The position numbers and the translations under genes were made by a program. Below are positions 1-8,834 of a stretch of 54,875 nt of DNA, piece by piece. Numbering within the stretch: the stretch's first letter is position 1; the number at the start of each line of letters is the position of its first letter. The DNA comes from Deltaproteobacteria bacterium (GTDB lineage Bacteria > Desulfobacterota > Dissulfuribacteria > Dissulfuribacterales > QOAL01). The notes below the pieces were generated by a model. It was not told the origin of the DNA. It was given only the letters and a program-made list of their open reading frames with translations, and made no database searches. The stretch is from the NCBI GenBank assembly GCA_027067775.1, contig JAMOVK010000032.1:1-54875 (forward strand), read 5' to 3'.

Positions 1-396
1 ACGCGGCCTCAAAAGGCCTTTCAGTCAGAAGGGTCTTCATATACACGCATAGTAGAGTGGTTCAGAGGGTTGTTTGCCTCTCCAAAGGTGGCATGGTCCT
101 TTTGTGCTGCTCAAGCTGTTGTGGTTGTCTTTGCATTTTTTGTCATTCATGGCCCCAAACCTCAGTTTGAGACCATGTCTTTGGCGCGTAATGGAGACAA
201 TGTGCCCAGATACAATATTGTCTTTACTCCTGAGGCCAGTCTGAAAGACGTGCTCACCTTTCTTGAAGAAAACCATATGAAAATAGTTGATGGGCCCTCT
301 AAAAAGGGAGTATTTGTGGTACAGGTTCACGATAGCAATGTAGTAGAAAGGATAAAGGGATCTAAAATTGTAGAGTTTTTGGCACCTGCATACTGA
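1..396 (+). CDS. 5'-truncated single-pass membrane protein, putative anti-sigma factor with a C-terminal subtilase-propeptide-like domain
   Basis: Frame is open from base 1 (TRPQKAFQSEGSSYTRIVEWFRGLFASP...), so the TTG at 70 is probably internal. A TM helix (AWSFCAAQAVVVVFAFFVI) precedes YNIVFTPEASLKDVLTFLEENHMKIVDGPSKKGVFVVQV, resembling the C-domain of anti-sigma proteins found beside S8 peptidases. The N-terminus is outside the window. Confidence 0.55.
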   Translation, partial: TRPQKAFQSEGSSYTRIVEWFRGLFASPKVAWSFCAAQAVVVVFAFFVIHGPKPQFETMSLARNGDNVPRYNIVFTPEASLKDVLTFLEENHMKIVDGPSKKGVFVVQVHDSNVVERIKGSKIVEFLAPAY

Positions 397-412
397 CAAA
401 AGGAAACTGTAA

Positions 413-2332
413 ATGACTGCTAAGCGTATCTGGGTCTTTCTTGTTTCAGGTATGGTGGTTTTGTCTTGGTTTGGTTTGGTGAGCGCAGGAGAAATAGAAT
501 TTTTAAGCCCAGCTCCTGAAAAGCTTGTGATCGGCAAGAGGCCGCTTTTCAAATGGAAGCTGCCCCAAGGTCTTGAAAGCTCGGAAGTGTTGATACTCCT
601 GGATGGTATGGACATAACCGAGTTGGTATCGTGTCAGGATGGCGTATGCTCGTTCAGGCCCATTCAGCCTTTGCCGGCAGGGGACCACGTTTTAGAGGTT
701 GACTGGCAGGACACGGAGCGAGGAACCGTTGTAGAGACCCTCAGCTTTTCATCTCGTCAGTCAAAACTGTTTAGAGAGATTTATTCCAAAAACTCTGCAG
801 GGGTCAACTATCAACTGGCAATACATAAGGATAATGCCCCCCAGCAGCCAAATTCCAGGATAGATGGATCCTTTAACACAAAAAACAGATTGCAGACCAG
901 GTACTGGACATTTTCTGCATCAGGCCAGGTTCGCTACGTGGATCAAGATCATCCAATTCAATCTCCAGAACAAAAGGGCTTTGATCTAATAAATTTTCTT
1001 TTGGAGTCTGTATATCAGCGTGGCAGTTTCAGAATGGATGCACAGTTTGGTGACATCACGGTAAATGAGACCGAAAACACCATAAACAACTATGCAAGAA
1101 AAGGCGCCCAGGTATTTTTTGATTATAAAGACTTTGGTATCCATCTCTTTTCTACCAATACAGCCCAATATTACGGTCTAAATGGAGGATTAGGGGTCGA
1201 TATTGATCCCAATGACAACCTTTACGGGGCCTCAGGAACCATGGGTTTTTTAGATAGACACGTCTTGCTAAAGGCAATATATGCAAAAGGTGGAGAAGAA
1301 GGCAGTTCCTTTGGAATATCCACCATCTCGGACAGACAACGGGGTAAGGTGGCAGGTGTCATGCTTGATTCAAACTGGTTTGATTCCAGGATGGCCATAA
1401 GGGCAGAGTATGATGTTACAGAATACGACAGCAGTTCCGAGGACGAGTTTGGGCCAGAAAGTGACAAGGCCTACAAGGCGTCCATATCATGGGATGACGA
1501 ATTTTTTGGAGTCTCTGGGCTATATGAATATATGGGACCAGACTATGAAGTAATAGGGAACCAGGGATTACCTAAAAATCGTGAGGGATTTACCCTTGGA
1601 AGTTGGCTGGCGCTGGATGTCCATAGATTTGAACTGCTGTTTTCCCGTTACAATGACAATGTTAAAGACGACAGGCTTTACCCCAGGGTCTACGACTATC
1701 AAGGTGGCATAAGGTATTTCTTTAACAAATATCCCACCGTTCCCATTTCCATTTATTATCAAAAGAATATTCAAAACAGTACAGATGAGCCTGAATATAC
1801 TCCAGAGATCTACTATGACACAGATACAGTCGGCGGTGATATTTCGTGGCTTCCAGGGAATTGGAGCTTTAATCTCCATACTGATTATTCCTATCAAAAT
1901 GACAAGGCCCACTCTACCGATGATACCGCAACCATTACTGTAACCTTTGCACCTGGATATACAGGCACCTGTTTCAGGATAAATCCAAGTTTTAGTTACA
2001 ACAAATCCATCGCTCACCTTACAGATGTGGAAACGGATACATACATGGCAAACTGGGATATGGAGTGGCAGCTTACAGATCGGATCGTCTGGTCATTTGC
2101 TGGAAATTTCAACTACACAACGGCAGACGACGACTCAATCGATATGCAGACCCTAGATCTCCATTCAAGGATTGCCTACACCTTGTTTAACAGTTGGTTA
2201 GGGCTGGTTGATCAGCCAACTGTTGGTTTTAGGACTCGTTACAACTGGCAAGATGACAAGACATACGGGCAAAGCGAGGACTCATTGGTTTTGATGATCG
2301 ACTTTACAAGCAACTTCAATTTCACCTTTTAG
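413..2332 (+). CDS. Outer-membrane beta-barrel protein with N-terminal Ig-like domain
   Basis: Signal peptide (…GLVSA/GE), about 90 aa beta-sandwich-like region (LILLDGMDIT…PLPAGDHVLEV), then about 520 aa of alternating aromatic/Gly/Asp strands ending in a BAM-type signal (SNFNFTF). Confidence 0.7.
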   Translation: MTAKRIWVFLVSGMVVLSWFGLVSAGEIEFLSPAPEKLVIGKRPLFKWKLPQGLESSEVLILLDGMDITELVSCQDGVCSFRPIQPLPAGDHVLEVDWQDTERGTVVETLSFSSRQSKLFREIYSKNSAGVNYQLAIHKDNAPQQPNSRIDGSFNTKNRLQTRYWTFSASGQVRYVDQDHPIQSPEQKGFDLINFLLESVYQRGSFRMDAQFGDITVNETENTINNYARKGAQVFFDYKDFGIHLFSTNTAQYYGLNGGLGVDIDPNDNLYGASGTMGFLDRHVLLKAIYAKGGEEGSSFGISTISDRQRGKVAGVMLDSNWFDSRMAIRAEYDVTEYDSSSEDEFGPESDKAYKASISWDDEFFGVSGLYEYMGPDYEVIGNQGLPKNREGFTLGSWLALDVHRFELLFSRYNDNVKDDRLYPRVYDYQGGIRYFFNKYPTVPISIYYQKNIQNSTDEPEYTPEIYYDTDTVGGDISWLPGNWSFNLHTDYSYQNDKAHSTDDTATITVTFAPGYTGTCFRINPSFSYNKSIAHLTDVETDTYMANWDMEWQLTDRIVWSFAGNFNYTTADDDSIDMQTLDLHSRIAYTLFNSWLGLVDQPTVGFRTRYNWQDDKTYGQSEDSLVLMIDFTSNFNFTF

Positions 2333-2337
2333 GAGGA

Positions 2338-5300
2338 GTGATGAAAAGGCTCTTCAGCGCTTTCTGTCTCTTTCTGTTACTGATTTTTTATACCTCTAGT
2401 GCATTAGCCATGACCCTCAATATCAATCCGAATCCTGCTAGGGTTGGTCAGGCAGTTACCATGAATATATCTTTGTCGCTTATGCCTAGTTATTTGATTA
2501 CAGCTTCTCCTTCTATCTATTGTGAGGTGTTAATAGATTATGGAGATGGTAGCAGCGGAAGGGCTGGTGTCTGCCGTTCCATGATATGCAATCTGACAGC
2601 ACACCATACCTATTCAAGTCCTGGAGAATATCTTGTTGTTGCTCGTGTAAATCCGAATAAATGTAATGCAAGGGTAAATGGTTCCAGAGGCAACGAGGCT
2701 ATATTATATATAAAATGCCGCGATCTGTCGTTTGCCTCTCCCTTTGTGTTGCCTAAAGGGCTGAAGTCAAAACAGTACAGTTACACCCTAAGGGCTACTG
2801 GTGGTCAGCCTCCATATTCCTTTTCTCTTTTAAGTGGCAACCTCCCTCCAGGGCTCACCCTTTCAAGTAGTGGTAATATATCTGGAATACCCACATCAAC
2901 TGGTAAATATTATTTTATGGCCCTTGTCAGGGATTCTTGTTCTGTAGGGGCTCAAAGAGACGCTAGCAGGTTTTTAATAGAGATAACCCAGCCCCAGTGT
3001 CCTGCTCTGGCTTGGCAATCGCCGTCTTTACTGCCAAAAGGCAAGGAAGGCGTTGGCTATTCCTACACACTACGCACAACAGGTGGTCAAGGGCCTGTTT
3101 ATTATCGTCTAACCAGTGGAAGCCTGCCCCCAGGCCTGTCCATATCAAGCTCTGGCGTGATATCAGGTACTCCCACACGGTTTGGGACATACAGGTTTTC
3201 AGTTATGGCCTATGATTCTTGTCCCAGTGGAACACAGAGGATTACCAAGGAGTTTACACTGGTTATTGAAAGGCGTGACTGTCGACACATGGCCTGGGGT
3301 GCTGTCTCCTTGCCGGAAGGGACTGTTGGTTCATATTATAGTTCTGGTCTTCAAGTAACAGGTGGAGAGCCTCCAATTAGTTTTATGGTTGTTGGAGGCA
3401 GTCTTCCACCAGGGCTGACACTTAGTCAAAATGGTATAATTTCAGGTACCCCGTCAAGTAAAGGCGTTTATTCTTTTAGGGTAAGGGTAACCGATTCCTG
3501 TTATCAGGGACATCAAAGACTGGAACGCGATTTTGCCATAAAGATCAATGAAAAAGTGGCTCAGCAACCAAGGCAGTGTCCAGAGCTTTTTATTACAACA
3601 AATCAAGATCTGCCAAAGGCCAAGGAAAAACAACATTACTCTATTCAGATAGCCACCTCTGGTGGAACGCCTCCTGTAAGATTTGCCATTTCTGGTGGGA
3701 GACTGCCTCCAGGTCTTGTTTTATCCAGTACAGGCCTTTTGTCAGGGGTTCCAACCCGGAAGGGCAAGTATCAGTTCGATATTACGGCTCAGGATTCGTG
3801 CGAAAGGGGTGCCAAGAGCAGCAGGCGTCATTTTCAGCTGATGGTAGAGTCTGTATCTCCTCCTGTCATAGAAAAAAAGAGACAGCTGTCTGTAAGTGTA
3901 TATCCTCACAGCGTTGTGATTCCAAGAGGTCTGCCAGCTAGTTTGAATTTGACCTACTCCTTTAGGGGAGACCATGATATCAGCACCAGGCTGAGCTCCC
4001 CCTCTGGGACGTTTGTCGCAAGGGGAAGGACAATTGGTTCCGTGCCAGTGGGCCTTACGGTTCATGTGAGTAATGGTAACGCCAGGGTTGCTGAGATGGT
4101 CAATATACCGGTGGCAGTTCTCAAAAGGGCAGAAAAACTTGGCACTACCAGATTCCAGTATGTTAGGCGTTTCAAAAACAGCGAATTTGATCTTCAGGCA
4201 ACAGTAAATATTACCATCACAACAGAGTCTGCAACCCCTTTTAGAATATCAAGACTTCAGCTCTACTTTGAAAATGACAGGGCGGAGATAACAATTCCAA
4301 AGGGCCAAAGGCCGCCAAAACTCTATGCTGAGATACGATATCTTGGAACGGGACTCCTTAAAGGTTACTGGGAGGTTGACGGAAGACCCTTGGCCAACGT
4401 ATTCAGGCACTTGACATATGGTAGAAGTATCACTCTGCAGCTGCCTGAAACAGCGGTGCTGCCAACCTTTGAGCCGGGAGTGCATAGGGTCAGGTTTGTT
4501 ATTACAGAGCCAAGGTTTGATGCTGAGCTGCCAGAGGCCATCTACTTTGTTACAGCCAAAACCTATCAGGTTAAGAAGATCAGGCTCCTTGCTCCTACAG
4601 ACAGTGCGAAACTTACCATCAACGGTCTTAGTTTTAGCTGGAAGGGGTTGGGGATCAGGCCATTTGCCTACCTCATAGAGTTTAGAGAAGAGCAAGATGG
4701 CAAGCCCTTGTTTTCTGCCTATGTGAAGGCGAATAAGTACACTGTTCCTGAGCAGATTGCGGTTAGATATTTTGCCTCTGCTCAGCAGATCTACTGGCAG
4801 GTCAAGGGCTTTGATAATGAAGGCAGATTGATTGGAAAGAGTGATGTCAGAAAGCTTGTTTTGGACAACAAGAGTGTCTACGTACCAGGACAGATAATCT
4901 TGACATGGGACAAGAAGGGGAAAACCTCAATACCCAAGCTAGAGCAGACCCTGGGTATTAAGCTACTTTACAAGTTTGAGCTAAAGACCACAGGTCAGAT
5001 CTGCGGTGTATTTTCAACAAATGGTCAGGATGTGATGCAGGTCATGAAAAGGGCCTCCAAGGTGTCTGTAATAAGACATGCCGAACCAAACTACATATAT
5101 CAGATCTTCACAGATCCCTTGTTTCACAGGCAGATTTTAGACGAATACCTGAATATTTCCCAACTAAGGTCTGTTGGCATGGGCAAGGGCAAGCTTGTAG
5201 CCATAGTTGATACAGGGGCAGATGCTGCCCATCCGGATCTTCAAGATGCCATAGTGGAGAAGAAGAATTTTGTCCATAACAGCAGGTACAGGTCCGAGAT

Positions 5301-5934
5301 TCACGGGACCGGCGTTTCTGGAATAATTGGAGCAAGAGTGAACAATATAGGTATAGAAGGGGTGGCACCTCTTGCCAAGTTGCTGGTATTAAGAGCATGC
5401 ATTCAGATAAAGAACGATCATGCAGAAGGGCAGTGTTATTCCGATTCCATATCAAGGGCCCTTGACTATGCAGTTGAAAAGGGTTCACAGGTGGTAAATA
5501 TGAGTCTTGGCGCCTATCAGGAAGATGGGATTGTTAGTGCCATTATCAAAAAAGGCAAGGAAAAGGGAATCGTCTTTGTGGCGCCTGCCGGAAACAGAGC
5601 AGATGCCCACAGACTCCCATTTCCTGCCAGACTCAAGGAAGTGGTCTCGGTTGGAGGAATATTGGAAGACGGCTCGTTGTTTCCAAACCCAACAGTTTGT
5701 AAAAAGGCAGACGTGGTGGTTCCTTGTCAAAATATCTTCACCACAGTTCCGGGAGGATATAATTTTTTAACTGGCACTTCCATGGCCTCTGCCCTGGTGG
5801 CAGGTTTCATTGCCATTGATATAAAACCACCAACAGGTTCCCATAATCCAGTTCAACCATTGGATTTGTGCAAGTGGCTAACAAATTCTCTGAAAAAAGA
5901 GGATATCTGTAAAGATAATTATAAAAAGTGGTAG
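2338..5934 (+). CDS. Secreted multidomain S8 (subtilisin-family) peptidase: PKD-like domain, 4 putative Ig (He_PIG-like) repeats, unknown beta domains, internal prodomain, C-terminal S8 domain
   Basis: GGAG RBS with GTG/ATG start and a signal peptide. PKD-like IDYGDG…HHTYSSPGEY; four GxLPPGLxLSxxGxISGxP repeats; catalytic motifs VAIVDTG (Asp, 5209), IHGTGVSG (His, 5302), PAGN (oxyanion Asn), GTSMAS (Ser, 5779). Confidence 0.85.
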   Translation: MMKRLFSAFCLFLLLIFYTSSALAMTLNINPNPARVGQAVTMNISLSLMPSYLITASPSIYCEVLIDYGDGSSGRAGVCRSMICNLTAHHTYSSPGEYLVVARVNPNKCNARVNGSRGNEAILYIKCRDLSFASPFVLPKGLKSKQYSYTLRATGGQPPYSFSLLSGNLPPGLTLSSSGNISGIPTSTGKYYFMALVRDSCSVGAQRDASRFLIEITQPQCPALAWQSPSLLPKGKEGVGYSYTLRTTGGQGPVYYRLTSGSLPPGLSISSSGVISGTPTRFGTYRFSVMAYDSCPSGTQRITKEFTLVIERRDCRHMAWGAVSLPEGTVGSYYSSGLQVTGGEPPISFMVVGGSLPPGLTLSQNGIISGTPSSKGVYSFRVRVTDSCYQGHQRLERDFAIKINEKVAQQPRQCPELFITTNQDLPKAKEKQHYSIQIATSGGTPPVRFAISGGRLPPGLVLSSTGLLSGVPTRKGKYQFDITAQDSCERGAKSSRRHFQLMVESVSPPVIEKKRQLSVSVYPHSVVIPRGLPASLNLTYSFRGDHDISTRLSSPSGTFVARGRTIGSVPVGLTVHVSNGNARVAEMVNIPVAVLKRAEKLGTTRFQYVRRFKNSEFDLQATVNITITTESATPFRISRLQLYFENDRAEITIPKGQRPPKLYAEIRYLGTGLLKGYWEVDGRPLANVFRHLTYGRSITLQLPETAVLPTFEPGVHRVRFVITEPRFDAELPEAIYFVTAKTYQVKKIRLLAPTDSAKLTINGLSFSWKGLGIRPFAYLIEFREEQDGKPLFSAYVKANKYTVPEQIAVRYFASAQQIYWQVKGFDNEGRLIGKSDVRKLVLDNKSVYVPGQIILTWDKKGKTSIPKLEQTLGIKLLYKFELKTTGQICGVFSTNGQDVMQVMKRASKVSVIRHAEPNYIYQIFTDPLFHRQILDEYLNISQLRSVGMGKGKLVAIVDTGADAAHPDLQDAIVEKKNFVHNSRYRSEIHGTGVSGIIGARVNNIGIEGVAPLAKLLVLRACIQIKNDHAEGQCYSDSISRALDYAVEKGSQVVNMSLGAYQEDGIVSAIIKKGKEKGIVFVAPAGNRADAHRLPFPARLKEVVSVGGILEDGSLFPNPTVCKKADVVVPCQNIFTTVPGGYNFLTGTSMASALVAGFIAIDIKPPTGSHNPVQPLDLCKWLTNSLKKEDICKDNYKKW
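2716..3850 (+). repeat. Four tandem ~94-99-aa Ig/cadherin-like coding repeats within the subtilase
   Basis: Units start at Cys codons near 2716, 2998, 3280 and 3577. Each has LPxG/A…Y…GGxxP…GxLPPGL…SGxP…GxYxF…DSC. Confidence 0.85.
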
Positions 5935-5982
5935 TTCCTTAATAGATGGAATTACTGGAAGAGATAGGGGCGCCATTATTAA

Positions 5983-6015
5983 CAAGGCCTCTTCCAATGG
6001 ATGAAAGAGGCCTTG
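5983..6015. terminator. Inverted repeat between the convergent subtilase and cyd operons (probable bidirectional terminator)
   Basis: CAAGGCCTCTT (5983-5993) and AAGAGGCCTTG (6005-6015) form a perfect 11-bp stem; no strong U-tract. Confidence 0.55.
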
Positions 6016-6040
6016 CAGGTAAGGTTATATAGTCTGTGTT

Positions 6041-6133
6041 CTATATAAGGTTGGTCTTCTTCAGTACTGCTACAGCACCCTGAAGAGAGACTACTATTGT
6101 TCCGATCCACAGTAGTATTAGTAAAGCCTGCAT
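6041..6133 (-). CDS. 30-aa single-TM protein downstream of cydB, putative small cytochrome bd subunit (CydX/CydY-like)
   Basis: Not in the ORF track. Minus strand reads cydB TAA-GAGGAGGGAAAA-ATG, encoding MQALLILLWIGTIVVSLQGAVAVLKKTNLI*; strong RBS, hydrophobic helix containing Trp, basic tail. Confidence 0.75.
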   Translation of the reverse strand: MQALLILLWIGTIVVSLQGAVAVLKKTNLI

Positions 6134-6145
6134 TTTTCCCTCCTC

Positions 6146-7291
6146 TTAATAGTTTTCGCCAGCCTCTGGTCCTTCAAGTTCTTCTGCCTTTAGTTTCTGG
6201 CTGTCCATCTGTTTCCAGACATAGGCAATGTAGGCCAAGACAACTGGTATAATAAGTGCCACGTAGGTCATGGCAGTTAAGGTGTAGTGAGAACTAGATG
6301 CGTTGAATATGGTCAGGCTGGATTGGAGATCCACCTTTGAAGGGTAAAAGGGCGTGTTGTTGTATCCTGCAGTGGAGAAGACTGCCAGGCCAACAAGCAC
6401 TGTCCCAAGACCTGCAAACCAGATTCCGTTATCCTTGTTTTGAAATCTTGCAGAATAAACAGAAAATATGACAAGGCCCAGTCCAGCAAGAAGAATCAGT
6501 AAGACAATTGGCATTTCAATCAAGTTTTTGAGGTACTTGAAGGAGACCATGGAAACGGTTCCAGTTGCTGGATCAACTCCAAAGCCGTCCATTGTCAAAA
6601 GACCTATCAGCACGATCAGAAGGAATGGAAGAGCTGCTATAAAGTTTGAGAAAACGGCATTTCTTGTGCGTTTTTTAAACTCATCCATTCCTGTAAAGTC
6701 GATGTTGTTAAGCAGATACAAGGCTCCAAGTACCCTTGCATTAAATACCAGGAAAAGTCCAAGACTTACATTGAATATGTTCTGCGCTGCCTCAAGGCCT
6801 CTTAGGGGATTTGTCCACTTTACAAGATTGTACTCGTTAAGCACAAAATTTGAGCCTGTGAAAAAGGTTCCAACGGCAGTTCCAATTAGAAGTATACCAA
6901 CAGTACCGTTTATAAAAAGAAAGGCCTCATAGACCGTTGGGCCAAAGAGGTTATCCGGTTTTTTTCTATACTCAAAGCTTACGGCCTGGACTATGAAGGT
7001 GAACAGTATTGCAATCCACACCCAATAGGCCCCTCCAAAGCTTGTGGCGTAGAATTTAGGAAAGGCAGCAAAAAGTGCACCGCCAAACAGAACCAGTGTG
7101 GTAAAGGTAAGCTCCCACTTCCTGCCAATGGAGTTTATAATAAGAGATTTTTCTCTTTCAGACTTGCCAAGCTGCCATATCAAGGTCTGGCCTCCCTGCA
7201 CAAAGTTCAAAAAGAGAAAAAGTGAGCCCACCACTGAGGCCAGTAACCACCAAAGTTTTTGTAAGGTTGCCAGGTCAAGGTTTCCAAACAT
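6146..7291 (-). CDS. cydB: Cytochrome bd ubiquinol oxidase subunit II
   Basis: Multi-TM protein with WELTFTTLVLFGGALFAAFPKFY and SLTIFNASSSHYTL motifs, directly after cydA. Confidence 0.95.
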   Translation of the reverse strand: MFGNLDLATLQKLWWLLASVVGSLFLFLNFVQGGQTLIWQLGKSEREKSLIINSIGRKWELTFTTLVLFGGALFAAFPKFYATSFGGAYWVWIAILFTFIVQAVSFEYRKKPDNLFGPTVYEAFLFINGTVGILLIGTAVGTFFTGSNFVLNEYNLVKWTNPLRGLEAAQNIFNVSLGLFLVFNARVLGALYLLNNIDFTGMDEFKKRTRNAVFSNFIAALPFLLIVLIGLLTMDGFGVDPATGTVSMVSFKYLKNLIEMPIVLLILLAGLGLVIFSVYSARFQNKDNGIWFAGLGTVLVGLAVFSTAGYNNTPFYPSKVDLQSSLTIFNASSSHYTLTAMTYVALIIPVVLAYIAYVWKQMDSQKLKAEELEGPEAGENY

Positions 7292-7292
7292 G

Positions 7293-8831
7293 TTAGTTCA
7301 CCTCCTTTGGGCCTATCTGTATCTGCTTGAGCATGATCCTTATTTCAGCAATAAGAAGTAGAGTGAAGGTTGCCAGGAACATGAAGAAGGTTAGTTTTAC
7401 GTTTACAGGTGCGATATCGGTCCTGGCCACCGATACTGGCAAAAGTCCTTGGATTGCCCAAGGCTGTCTACCAACCTCAGCCACTACCCATCCTGCTTCT
7501 CCTGCTACAAAGGCGAGAATGAAAAAGATAATGCCTATAGGATAAAGCCAGGTTGCCGTTTCTATGTTTCCGCGTACAGAATAAAACAGAAAAAGGAAAA
7601 ATATGAGAATTATTCCAGTCCCTACTGCAGCCATTATATGAAAGGAATAGAATGTTATGGAAACTGGTGGTACAGCCTCCTTTGACGATCTTAGATGGCC
7701 GTATCCAAGAAAGTCTTTATACTTATTGAACTCGGAAAGGACAGAAGAGGCGGCAGAGAGATCGCCTTTCTTCTTTGCCTTTTTGTATTCATCAAGGTAC
7801 TTGACTGCAAGTTTTCCCTTTTTTACCATCTCTTCTACTCCTGTAATCCCTTGCTCCTTATTGCCAAATACAAGGTCATTAATGCCAGGGACAAAGCTTC
7901 CGGGCTCACGGTTGGCAAGAAGTGACAAAAGCCCCGGGATCTTAAACTCCACAACAAATGGATCCTGAAAATCGCCAGGTTCCTTCATGCCATTTACTAT
8001 TCCAAAGGCGACTATTGGCGCATCTGTAGTTCCGTCCCAAAGCCCCTCCATGGCTGCAAGCTTCATCGGCTGATGTTTTGCATCTATAAAGGCTGCCTCG
8101 TCTCCAGTAAAGGCAAGCATCAAAGACGCGATCAGGCCAAATACAGAAGCAACTATTATGCTCCTTTTGGCCATGAGCATGTGTCTTCTCTTTGCCAAAT
8201 AATATGAGGCAATTGCAATGACAAAAAGGGAAGAAAGGACAAAGCCAGAGGTTGTGGCATGGGTGAACTTGCTTATTGCATAGGGAGAAAAGACCACCTC
8301 AAAGAAATTTTTCATCTCAAATCGTGCAGTATCCGGATTGAAGGCCATGCCTGTTGGAAATTGCATCCAACCGTTGGCAACCAGTATCCAGAGTGCCGAC
8401 AGGTTTGAGCCAATTGCAACCATCCAGGTGGAAAAGAGATGAAATTTTTTAGAGACCCGATTCCAGCCAAAGAACATCACTGCAAAAAAAGTCGCCTCCA
8501 AAAAGAAGGCCACAATGCCTTCAATGGCAAGGGGTGCGCCAAATATGTCTCCAACCATCCAAGAGTAGTTGGCCCAGTTGGTTCCAAATTCAAACTCTAG
8601 AATAATCCCTGTTGCAACACCGATAGCAAAGTTAATCCCAAAGAGTTTCATCCAGAACTTGGTCAGCTCTTTCCACTCCTCCTTACCCGTCTTGACGTAA
8701 ATGGTTTCAAAAAAGGCACACAAAAACGTCAGCCCAAGGGTCAAGGGCACAAAGATCCAGTGATACATGGCAGTGAGTGCAAACTGTGCACGTGCCCAGT
8801 TGACCGTAGAAAGATCAATCTGTTCCAGCAT
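7293..8831 (-). CDS. cydA: Cytochrome bd ubiquinol oxidase subunit I (long Q-loop)
   Basis: RAQFALTAMYHWIFVPLT, FEFGTNW, QPMKLAAMEG and EVGRQPW motifs. Confidence 0.97.
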   Translation of the reverse strand: MLEQIDLSTVNWARAQFALTAMYHWIFVPLTLGLTFLCAFFETIYVKTGKEEWKELTKFWMKLFGINFAIGVATGIILEFEFGTNWANYSWMVGDIFGAPLAIEGIVAFFLEATFFAVMFFGWNRVSKKFHLFSTWMVAIGSNLSALWILVANGWMQFPTGMAFNPDTARFEMKNFFEVVFSPYAISKFTHATTSGFVLSSLFVIAIASYYLAKRRHMLMAKRSIIVASVFGLIASLMLAFTGDEAAFIDAKHQPMKLAAMEGLWDGTTDAPIVAFGIVNGMKEPGDFQDPFVVEFKIPGLLSLLANREPGSFVPGINDLVFGNKEQGITGVEEMVKKGKLAVKYLDEYKKAKKKGDLSAASSVLSEFNKYKDFLGYGHLRSSKEAVPPVSITFYSFHIMAAVGTGIILIFFLFLFYSVRGNIETATWLYPIGIIFFILAFVAGEAGWVVAEVGRQPWAIQGLLPVSVARTDIAPVNVKLTFFMFLATFTLLLIAEIRIMLKQIQIGPKEVN

Positions 8832-8834
8832 AAG

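Noticed and set aside
37-615. 192-aa minus-strand ORF and the many other antisense or nested ORFs in the track
   Set aside because: They overlap well-supported genes on the other strand or frame and show no motifs or RBS.
2716-3850. CRISPR array or DNA-level tandem repeat
   Set aside because: The repeats are in-frame protein domains with diverged codons; no short identical repeats with spacers were seen in the window.
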